Assembly: GCA_964016885.1 (NCBI GenBank) | Contig: OZ024741.1 | Coordinates: 258,106,001-258,170,000, forward strand | From: Eledone cirrhosa | Taxonomy: Eukaryota | DNA length: 64,000 bases | Direction: 5' to 3' | In this document: positions 1 through 10,814 of the stretch, in pieces | Numbering within the stretch: the stretch's first letter is position 1 | Layout of the letters: each line of letters opens with the position of its first letter | Position numbers and translations under genes: made by a program | The notes under the pieces: generated by a model | Told to the model about the DNA's origin: nothing | What the model saw: only the letters and a program-made list of their open reading frames with translations | Database searches by the model: none

Positions 1-2910
1 GTTCCGACTTACGACTGTTTCGACTTACGAGTGTTTTGACTTAAGAGTATTCCGACTTACGAGTGTTTCGGCTTACGGGTGTTTCGACGTACGAGTATTT
101 TTGGCTTACGAGTGTTTCGACTTACTAATGTTTTTACTTACGAGTGTTTCGGCTTACGAGTGTTTCGACTTACGAGTATTTCGACTTACGAGTGTTTTGA
201 CTTATGGGTGTTTTGACATACGAGTGTTTCGATACGAATGCTCTGACTTACGAGTGTTCTGACTTACGAGTGTTCTGACTTACGAGTGTTCTGACTTACG
301 GGTGTTCTGACTTACGTGTGTTCCGACTTACGAGTGTTTCGGCTATGGGTGTTTCGACTTACGAGTGTTTCGACTTACGAGTGTTTTGACTTACGGTGTT
401 TCGGCTTACGAGTGTTTCGACTTACGAATGTTTTGGCTTACGAGTGTTTCGGCTTACGGGTGTTTCGACTTACGAGTGTTTCGACTTACGAGTGTTTTGA
501 CTTACGGTGTTTCGGCTTACGAGTTATTCGACATACGAGTGTTTCGACTTACGGGTGTTTCGACTTACGGGTGTTTCGACTTACGAGTGTTTCGATTTAT
601 GAGTGTTTCGACTTACGAGTGTTCTGACTTACGAGTGTTCTGACTTACGAGTGTTCCGACTTACGAGTGTTTCGGTTTACGAGTGTTTCGACACACGAGT
701 GTTTTGACTTACGGGGGTTTCGACTTACGGGTGTTTCGACTTACCAGTGTTTCGGTTTACGAGTGTTTCGACTTACTAATGTTTTTACTTACGAGTGTTT
801 CGGTGTACGAGTGTTTCGACTTAAGGATGTTTCGACTTACGAGTGTTTCGACTTACGAGTGTTTCGGCTTACGTGAGTTTCGACTTAAGAGTGTTTTGAC
901 TTACGGGTGTTGTGAATTACGAGTGTTCCGATTTACGAGTGTTTTGACTTACGGTGTTTCGGCTTACGAGTTATTCGACTTACGAATGTTTTGACTTACG
1001 GGTGTTTTGGCTTGCGAGTGTTTCGACTTACGAGTGTTTCGGCTTATGAGTGTTTCGACTTAAGGGTGTTTCGACTTACGAGTGTTTCGACTTACGAGTG
1101 TTTCGACTTACGAGTGCTTCGACTTACGAGTGTTTCGGCTTACGGGTGTTTCGACTTACGAATGTTTTTGCTTACGAGTGTTTCGGCTTACGAGTGTTTC
1201 GGCTTATCAGTGTTTCGAATTACGAGTGTTTTGACTTACGGGTGTTTTGACATACGAGTGTTTCGATACGAGTGTTCTGACTTACGAGTGTTTCCGCTTA
1301 CGAGTGTTTCGACTTACTAATGTTTTTACTTACGAGTGTTTCGACTTAAGGATGTTTCGACTTACGAGTGTTTCGACTTACGAGTGTTTCGACTTACGAG
1401 TGTTTCGACTTACGAGTGTTTTGGCTTACAAATGTTTTGACTTACGGGTGTTTCGACTTACGGGTGTTTCGGCTTACGAGTGTTTCGACTTACGAGTGTT
1501 TTGACTTACGAGTGTTCTGACTTACGAGTGTTCTGACTTATGAGTGTTCTGACTTACGAGTGTTCCGACTTACGAGTGTTTCGGCTTACGAGTGTTTCGG
1601 CTTACGAGTGTTTCGGCTTACGAGTGTTTTGACTTACGAGTGTTCTGACTACGAGTGTTCTGACTTACGGGTGTTCTGACTTACGAGTGTTCCGACTTAC
1701 GAGTGTTTCGGCTTATGAGTGTTTCGACTTACGGGCGTTTCGACTTACGGGTGTTTCGACTTACGAGTGTTTTGACTTACGAGTGTTCTGACTTACGAGT
1801 GTTCTGACTTACGAGTGTTCCGACTCACGACTGTTTCGACTTACGAGTGTTTTGACTTACGAGTATTCCGACTTACGAGTGTTTCGGCTTACGGGTGTTT
1901 CGACGTACGAGTATTTTTGGCTTACGAGTGTTTCGACTTACGAGTGTTTTGAATTACGATTGTTTCGGCTTACGAGTGTTTCGACTTACGAGTATTTCGA
2001 CTTACGAGTGTTTTGACTGATGGGTGTTTTGACATACGAGTGTTTCGATACGAATGCTCTGACTTACGAGTGTTCTGACTTACGAGTGTTCTGACTTACG
2101 AGTGTTCTGACTTACGGGTGTTCTGACTTACGTGTGTTCCGACTTACGAGTGTTTCGGCTATGGGTGTTTCGACTTACGAGTGTTTCGACGTACGAATGT
2201 TTTGGCTTACGAGTGTTTCGGCTTACGAGTGTTTCGACTTACGAATGTTTTGGCTTACGAGTGTTTCGGCTTACGGGTGTTTCGACTTACGAGTGTTTCG
2301 ACTTACGAGTGTTTTGACTTACGGTGTTTCGGCTTACGAGTTATTCGACATACGAGTGTTTCGACTTACGGGTGTTTCGACTTACGGGTGTTTCGACTTA
2401 CGAGTGTTTCGATTTATGAGTGTTTCGACTTACGAGTGTTCTGACTTACGAGTGTTCTGACTTACGAGTGTTCCGACTTACGAGTGTTTCGGTTTACGAG
2501 TGTTTCGACACACGAGTGTTTTGACTTACGGGGGTTTCGACTTACGGGTGTTTCGACTTACCAGTGTTTCGGCTTACGAGTGTTTCGACTTACTAATGTT
2601 TTTACTTACGAGTGTTTCGGTGTACGAGTGTTTCGACTTAAGGATGTTTCGACTTACGAGTGTTTCGACTTACGAGTGTTTCGGCTTACGTGAGTTTCGA
2701 CTTAAGGGTGTTTTGACTTACGGGTGTTGTGAATTACGAGTGTTCCGATTTAAGAGTGTTTTGACTTACGGTGTTTCGGCTTACGAGTTATTCGACTTAC
2801 GAATGTTTTGACTTACGGGTGTTTTGGCTTGCGAGTGTTTCGACTTACGAGTGTTTCGGCTTATGAGTGTTTCGACTTAAGGGTGTTTCGACTTACGAGT
2901 GTTTCGACTT
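1..2910 (+). repeat. About 1.82-kb higher-order duplication (about 1-1100 repeated at about 1817-2910)
   Basis: ORF-track pairs 667/2484 and 683/2500 (offset 1817); shared rare variants GAATGCTCTGAC, GGGGGTTTC, TACCAG. Confidence 0.85.
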
Positions 2911-4840
2911 ACGATTGTTTCGACTTACGAGTGTTTCGGCTTACGAGTGTTTTGACTTACGAATGTTCCGACTTACGAGTGTCTCGGCTTACGAGTGTTT
3001 CAGCTTACGAGTGTTTCGACTTACGAATGTTTTGACTTACGATTGTTTCGGCTTACGAGTGTTTCGACTTACGAGTGTTCTGACTACGAGTGTTCTGACT
3101 TACGGGTGTTCTGACTTACGAGTGTTCCGACTTACGAGTGTTTCGGCTTATGGGTGTTTCGACTTACGAGTGCTTCGACTTACGAGTGTTTCGGCTTACG
3201 GGTGTTTCGACTTACGAATGTTTTTGCTTACGAGTGTTTCGGCTTACGAGTGTTTCGGCTTATGCGTGTTTCGAATTACGAGTGTTTTGACTTACGGGTG
3301 TTTTGACATACGAGTGTTTCGATACGAGTGTTCTGACTTACGAGTGTTTCCGCTTACGAGTGTTTCGGCTTACGAGTGTTTCGACTTACTAATGTTTTTA
3401 CTTACGAGTGTTTCGGTGTACGAGTGTTTCGACTGAAGGATGTTTAGACTTACGAGTGTTTCGACTTACGATTGTTTCGGCTTACGTGTGTTTCGACTTA
3501 CGAGTGTTCTGACTTACAAGTGTTCTTACTTACGAGTGTTCCGACTTACGAGTGTTCCGACTTACGAGTGTTTCGGCTTACGAGTGTTGCGGCTTACGAG
3601 TGTTTCGACTTACGAGTGTTCCGACTTACGGGTGTTTCGACTTACGAGTATTTTGGCTTACGGTGTTTCGGCTTACGAGTGTTTCGAGTTACGAGAGTTT
3701 TGACTTACGCGTGTTTTGACATACGAGTGTTTCGATACGAGTGTTCTGACTTACGAGTGTTCTGACTTACGAGTGTTCTGAGTTACGAGTGTTCTGACTT
3801 ACGAGTGTTCCGACTTTACGAGTGTTTCGGCTCACGAGTGTTTCGACTTACGAGTGTTTCGACATACGAGTGTTTCGGCTTACGAGTGTTTTTATTTACG
3901 AGTGTTTTGACTTACGGGTGCTTCGACTTACGCGTGTTTCGACTTACGAGTGTTTCGACTTACGAGTGTTTCGACTTACGAGTGTTTCTGCTTACGAGTG
4001 TTTTGACTTACGAGTGTTTCGGCTGGCGAGTGTTTCGACTTACGAGTGTTTTGACTTAAGGGTGTTTCGACTTACGAGTGTTTTGACTTACGAGTGTTTC
4101 GACTTACGAGTGTTTCGGCTTACGAGTGTTTTGACTTACGAGTGTCTCGGCTTACGAGTGTTTCGGCTTACGAGTGTTTCGACTTACGAGTGTTTCGACT
4201 TACGAGTGTTCCGACTTACGTGTGTTTCGACTTACGAGTGTTTTGGCTTACGGTGTTTCGACTTACGAGTGTTTCGGCTTACGAGTGTTTTGACTTAAGG
4301 GTGTTTCGACTTACGAGTGTTTCGATACGAGTGTTTCGACTTACGAGTGTTTCGGCTTACGAGTGTTTCGACTTACGAGTGTTTCGACTTACGAGTGTTC
4401 TGATTTACGGATGTTTCGACATACGAGTGTTTCGACTTACGAGTGTTTCGACTTACGAGTGTTTTGACTTACGTGTGTTTTGACATACGAGTGTTTGGAT
4501 ACGAGTGTTCTGACTTACGATTGTTCTGACTTACGAGCGTTCTGACTTACGAGTGTTTTGGCTTACGAGTGTTTCGGCTTACGAGTGTTTCGACTTACGA
4601 GTGTTTCGACTTACGAGTGTTCCGACTTACGGGTGTTTCGACTTACGAGTGTTTTGGCTTACGGTGTTTCGACTTACGAGTGTTTCGAGTTAAGAGTGTT
4701 TTGACTTACGCGTGTTTTGACATACGAGTCTTCTGACTTACGAGTGTTCTGACTTACGAGTGTTCTGACTTACGAGTCTTCCGACTTTACGAGTGTTTCG
4801 GCTCACGAGTGTTTCGGCTTACGAGTGTTTCGACTTACGA

Positions 4841-4909
4841 AAATAACAAATAGACGCGGTTTCAAATCTCTATGCTTTTCAAATTCATTACATTAATCTT
4901 TATTTATAC
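4841..4909 (+). repeat. 69-bp AT-rich spacer, copy 1 (reference form AAATAACAAATAGACGCGGTTTCAAATCTCTATGCTTTTCAAATTCATTACATTAATCTTTATTTATAC)
   Basis: Read directly; 17/69 G+C; lies between GACTTACGA and GTTTCGCTTTACGAG. Confidence 0.97.
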
Positions 4910-6118
4910 GTTTCGCTTTACGAGTGTTTCGACTTACGAGTGTTTCGACATACGAGTGTTTCGACTTACGAATGTTTTTGCTTACGGGTGTTTCGACTTA
5001 CGAATGTTTTTGCTTACGAGTGTTTCGGTTTACGAGTGTTCCGACTTACGAGTGTTCCGACTTACGAGTGTTTCGGCTTACGAGTGTTTCCGGCTTACGA
5101 GTGTTTCGACTTACGAGTGTTTCGACTTACGAGTGTTTTGACTTACGGTGTTTCGGCTTACGAGTGATTAGACTTACGAGTGTTTTGACTTACGGGTGTT
5201 TTGACTTACGGGTGTTGTGAATTACGAGTGTTCTGATTTACGAGTGTTTTGACTTACGGTGTTTCGGCTTACAAGTGATTCGACTTACGAATGTTTTGAC
5301 TTACGGGTGTTTCGGCTTGCGTGTGTTTCGACTTACGAGTGTTTCGGCTTATGAGTGTTTCGACTTACTAATGTTTTTACTTACGAGTGTTTCGGCGTAC
5401 GAGTGTTTTGACTTACGAGTGATTCGACTTACGAGTGTTTTGACGTACGAATATTTTGACTTACGGGTGTTTCGGCTTACGAGTGTTTCGACTTACGAGT
5501 GTTTCGGCTTTCGAGTGTTTCGACTTACTAATGTTTTTACTTACGAGTGTTTCGGCGTACGAGTGTTTCGACTTACGAGTGTTTCGACTTACGGGTGTTT
5601 TGACTTACGGGTGTTTCGGCTTACGAGTGTTTCGACTTACAAGTGTTTTGACTTAAGGGTGTTTCGACTTACGAGTGTTTCGACTTACGAGTGTTTCGAC
5701 TTACGGGTGTTTCGACTTACGAGTGTTTTGGCTTACGGTGTTTCGACTTACGAGTGTTTCGGCTTACGAGTGTTTTGACTTAAAGGTGTTTCGACTTACG
5801 AGTGTTTCGATACGAGTGTTTCGACTTACGAGTGTTTCGGCTTACGAGTGTTTCGACTTACGACTGTTTCGACTTACGAGTGTTCTGTTTTACGGATGTT
5901 TCGAAATACGAGTGTTTCGACTTACGAGTGTTTCGACTTACGAGTGTTTTGACTTACGGGTGTTTTGACATACGAGTGTTTCGATACGAGTGTTTCGACT
6001 TACGAGTGTTCTGACTTACGATTGTTCTGACTTACGAGAGTTCTGACTTACGAGTGTTCCGACTTTACGAGTGTTTCGGCTCACGAGTGTTTCGGCTTAC
6101 GAGTGTTTCGACTCACGA

Positions 6119-6187
6119 AAATAACAAATAGACGCGGTTTCAAATCTCTATGCTTTTCAAATTCATTACATTAATCTTTATTTATAC
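6119..6187 (+). repeat. 69-bp spacer, copy 2
   Basis: Reference form, preceded by variant GACTCACGA. Confidence 0.95.
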
Positions 6188-8062
6188 GTTTCGCTTTACG
6201 AGTGTTTCGACTTACGAGTGTTTCGGCTTACGAGTGTTTTGACTTACGAGTGTTTTGACTTACATGTGTTTCGACTTACGCGTGTTTCGACTTACGAGTG
6301 TTTTGACTTGCGAGTGTTTCGACTACGGGTGTTTCGACTTACGAATGTTTTGACTTACGGATGTTTTGACTTACGGGTGTTTCGGCTTACGAGTGTTTCG
6401 ACTTACGAGTGTTTCGACTTACGAGTGTTTTGACTTACGAGTGTTTTGACTTACGGTGTTTCGGCTTACGAGTGTTTCGACTTACGAGTGTTTTGACTTA
6501 CGGGTGTTTTGACATACGAGTGTTTCGATACGAGTGTTCTGACTTACGAGTGTTCTGACTTACGAGTGTTTCCGCTTACGAGTGTTTCGGCTTACGAGTG
6601 TTTCGACTTACTAATGTTTTTACTTACGAGTGTTTCGGTGTACGAGTGTTTCGACTGAAGGATGTTTAGACTTACGAGTGTTTCGACTTACGATTGTTTC
6701 GGCTTACGTGTGTTTCGACTTACGAGTGTTCTGACTTACAAGTGTTCTTACTTACGAGTGTTCCGACTTACGAGTGTTCCGACTTACGAGTGTTTCGGCT
6801 TACGAGTGTTGCGGCTTACGAGTGTTTCGACTTACGAGTGTTCCGACTTACGGGTGTTTCGACTTACGAGTATTTTGGCTTACGGTGTTTCGGCTTACGA
6901 GTGTTTCGAGTTACGAGAGTTTTGACTTACGCGTGTTTTGACATACGAGTGTTTCGATACGAGTGTTCTGACTTACGAGTGTTCTGACTTACGAGTGTTC
7001 TGAGTTACGAGTGTTCTGACTTACGAGTGTTCCGACTTTACGAGTGTTTCGGCTCACGAGTGTTTCGACTTACGAGTGTTTCGACATACGAGTGTTTCGG
7101 CTTACGAGTGTTTTTATTTACGAGTGTTTTGACTTACGGGTGCTTCGACTTACGCGTGTTTCGACTTACGAGTGTTTCGACTTACGAGTGTTTCGACTTA
7201 CGAGTGTTTCTGCTTACGAGTGTTTTGACTTACGAGTGTTTCGGCTGGCGAGTGTTTCGACTTACGAGTGTTTTGACTTAAGGGTGTTTCGACTTACGAG
7301 TGTTTTGACTTACGAGTGTTTCGACTTACGAGTGTTTCGGCTTACGAGTGTTTTGACTTACGAGTGTCTCGGCTTACGAGTGTTTCGGCTTACGAGTGTT
7401 TCGACTTACGAGTGTTTCGACTTACGAGTGTTCCGACTTACGTGTGTTTCGACTTACGAGTGTTTTGGCTTACGGTGTTTCGACTTACGAGTGTTTCGGC
7501 TTACGAGTGTTTTGACTTAAGGGTGTTTCGACTTACGAGTGTTTCGATACGAGTGTTTCGACTTACGAGTGTTTCGGCTTACGAGTGTTTCGACTTACGA
7601 GTGTTTCGACTTACGAGTGTTCTGATTTACGGATGTTTCGACATACGAGTGTTTCGACTTACGAGTGTTTCGACTTACGAGTGTTTTGACTTACGTGTGT
7701 TTTGACATACGAGTGTTTGGATACGAGTGTTCTGACTTACGATTGTTCTGACTTACGAGCGTTCTGACTTACGAGTGTTTTGGCTTACGAGTGTTTCGGC
7801 TTACGAGTGTTTCGACTTACGAGTGTTTCGACTTACGAGTGTTCCGACTTACGGGTGTTTCGACTTACGAGTGTTTTGGCTTACGGTGTTTCGACTTACG
7901 AGTGTTTCGAGTTAAGAGTGTTTTGACTTACGCGTGTTTTGACATACGAGTCTTCTGACTTACGAGTGTTCTGACTTACGAGTGTTCTGACTTACGAGTC
8001 TTCCGACTTTACGAGTGTTTCGGCTCACGAGTGTTTCGGCTTACGAGTGTTTCGACTTACGA

Positions 8063-8131
8063 AAATAACAAATAGACGCGGTTTCAAATCTCTATGCTTT
8101 TCAAATTCATTACATTAATCTTTATTTATAC
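8063..8131 (+). repeat. 69-bp spacer, copy 3
   Basis: Reference form; copy 1 + 3222. Confidence 0.95.
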
Positions 8132-9339
8132 GTTTCGCTTTACGAGTGTTTCGACTTACGAGTGTTTCGACATACGAGTGTTTCGACTTACGAATGTTTT
8201 TGCTTACGGGTGTTTCGACTTACGAATGTTTTTGCTTACGAGTGTTTCGGTTTACGAGTGTTCCGACTTACGAGTGTTCCGACTTACGAGTGTTTCGGCT
8301 TACGAGTGTTTCCGGCTTACGAGTGTTTCGACTTACGAGTGTTTCGACTTACGAGTGTTTTGACTTACGGTGTTTCGGCTTACGAGTGATTAGACTTACG
8401 AGTGTTTTGACTTACGGGTGTTTTGACTTACGGGTGTTGTGAATTACGAGTGTTCTGATTTACGAGTGTTTTGACTTACGGTGTTTCGGCTTACAAGTGA
8501 TTCGACTTACGAATGTTTTGACTTACGGGTGTTTCGGCTTGCGTGTGTTTCGACTTACGAGTGTTTCGGCTTATGAGTGTTTCGACTTACTAATGTTTTT
8601 ACTTACGAGTGTTTCGGCGTACGAGTGTTTTGACTTACGAGTGATTCGACTTACGAGTGTTTTGACGTACGAATATTTTGACTTACGGGTGTTTCGGCTT
8701 ACGAGTGTTTCGACTTACGAGTGTTTCGGCTTTCGAGTGTTTCGACTTACTAATGTTTTTACTTACGAGTGTTTCGGCGTACGAGTGTTTCGACTTACGA
8801 GTGTTTCGACTTACGGGTGTTTTGACTTACGGGTGTTTCGGCTTACGAGTGTTTCGACTTACAAGTGTTTTGACTTAAGGGTGTTTCGACTTACGAGTGT
8901 TTCGACTTACGAGTGTTTCGACTTACGGGTGTTTCGACTTACGAGTGTTTTGGCTTACGGTGTTTCGACTTCGAGTGTTTCGGCTTACGAGTGTTTTGAC
9001 TTAAAGGTGTTTCGACTTACGAGTGTTTCGATACGAGTGTTTCGACTTACGAGTGTTTCGGCTTACGAGTGTTTCGACTTACGACTGTTTCGACTTACGA
9101 GTGTTCTGTTTTACGGATGTTTCGAAATACGAGTGTTTCGACTTACGAGTGTTTCGACTTACGAGTGTTTTGACTTACGGGTGTTTTGACATACGAGTGT
9201 TTCGATACGAGTGTTTCGACTTACGAGTGTTCTGACTTACGATTGTTCTGACTTACGAGAGTTCTGACTTACGAGTGTTCCGACTTTACGAGTGTTTCGG
9301 CTCACGAGTGTTTCGGCTTACGAGTGTTTCGACTCACGA

Positions 9340-9408
9340 AAATAACAAATAGACGCGGTTTCAAATCTCTATGCTTTTCAAATTCATTACATTAATCTTT
9401 ATTTATAC
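9340..9408 (+). repeat. 69-bp spacer, copy 4
   Basis: Reference form, preceded by GACTCACGA; copy 2 + 3221. Confidence 0.95.
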
Positions 9409-9962
9409 GTTTCGCTTTACGAGTGTTTCGACTTACGAGTGTTTCGGCTTACGAGTGTTTTGACTTACGAGTGTTTTGACTTACATGTGTTTCGACTTAC
9501 GCGTGTTTCGACTTACGAGTGTTTTGACTTGCGAGTGTTTCGACTACGGGTGTTTCGACTTACGAATGTTTTGACTTACGGATGTTTTGACTTACGGGTG
9601 TTTCGGCTTACGAGTGTTTCGACTTACGAGTGTTTCGACTTACGAGTGTTTTGACTTACGAGTGTTTTGACTTACGGTGTTTCGGCTTACGAGTGTTTCG
9701 ACTTACGAGTGTTTTGACTTACGGGTGTTTTGACATACGAGTGTTTCGATACGAGTGTTCTGACTTACGAGTGTTCTGACTTACGAGTGTTCTGCCTTAC
9801 GAGTGTTCTGACATACGTGTGTTCTGACTTACGAGTGTTCCGATTTACGAGTGTTTCGGCATATGAGTGTTTCGACTTACGGATGTTTTTGCTTACGGGT
9901 GTTTCGACTTACGAATGTTTTTGCTTACGAGTGTTTCGGCTTACGAGTGTTTCGACTTACGA

Positions 9963-10031
9963 AAATAACAAATAGACGCGGTTTCAAATCTCTATGCTTT
10001 TCAAATTCATTACATTAATCTTTATTTACAC
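9963..10031 (+). repeat. 69-bp spacer, copy 5
   Basis: TTTACAC end variant. Confidence 0.95.
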
Positions 10032-10745
10032 GTTTCGCTTTACGAGTGTTTCGACTTACGAGTGTTTCGACTTACGAGTGTTTCGACTTACGAGTGTTTC
10101 GACTTACGAGTGTTTCGACTTACGAGTGTTTCGACTTACGAGTGTTTTGACTTACGAGTGTTCTGACTTACGAGTGTTCTGACTTACGAGTGTTTCGACT
10201 TACGAGTGTTCTGACTTACGAGTGTTCTGACTTACGAATGTTCCGACTTACGAGTGTTTCGACTTACGAGTGTTTCGACTTACGAGTGTTTCCACTTACG
10301 AGTGTTTCGGCTTACGAGTGTTTTGACTTACGAGTGTTCTGACTACGAGTGTTCTGACTTACGAGTGTTTCGGCTTATGAGTGTTTCGACATACGAGTGT
10401 TTCGGCTTATGAGTGTTTCGACTTACGAGTGTTTCGGCTTACGAGTGTTTCGACTTACGAGTGTTTAGACTTACAAGTGTTTCGACTTACGGGTGTTTCG
10501 ACTTACGAGTGTTTCGACTACGAGTGTTTCGACTTACGAGTGTTTCGGCTTACGAGTGTTTCGACATACGGGTGTTTCGACTTACGGTGTTTCGGCTTAC
10601 GAGTGTTTCGATACGAGTGTTCTGACTTACGAGTGTTCTGACTTACGAGTGTTCTGACTTACGAGTGTTCTGACTTACGAGTGTTCCGACTTTACGAGTG
10701 TTTCGGCTCACGAGTGTTTCGGCTTACGAGTGTTTCCACTTACGA

Positions 10746-10814
10746 AAATAACAAATAGACGCGGTTTCAAATCTCTATGCTTTTCAAATTCGTTACATTA
10801 TTCTTTATTTATAC
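10746..10814 (+). repeat. 69-bp spacer, copy 6
   Basis: CGTTACATTATTC variant, preceded by TTCCACTTACGA. Confidence 0.95.

Larger units (their letters stand above)
3325..9785 (+). repeat. Near-identical 3222-bp tandem duplication
   Basis: 3440/6662, 4094/7316, 4872/8094; offset becomes 3221 after a 1-bp deletion near 8970. Confidence 0.93.

Noticed and set aside
4841-4909. Spacer as an independently inserting MITE or SINE
   Set aside because: No terminal inverted repeats, target-site duplication, poly(A) tail or recognisable Pol III boxes. All copies share the same junction and private downstream monomer, which indicates one origin.
4872-5141. MLFKFITLIFIY ORF start that looks like a signal peptide
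   Set aside because: It is the hydrophobic translation of T-rich spacer DNA. Downstream length varies arbitrarily between copies and the ATG is deleted in copies 26 and 29.
8497-9189. Longest ORF (230 aa)
   Set aside because: It results from a private 1-bp deletion near 8970 that is absent from sister copies at about 5748 and 24157, and may be a sequencing error.
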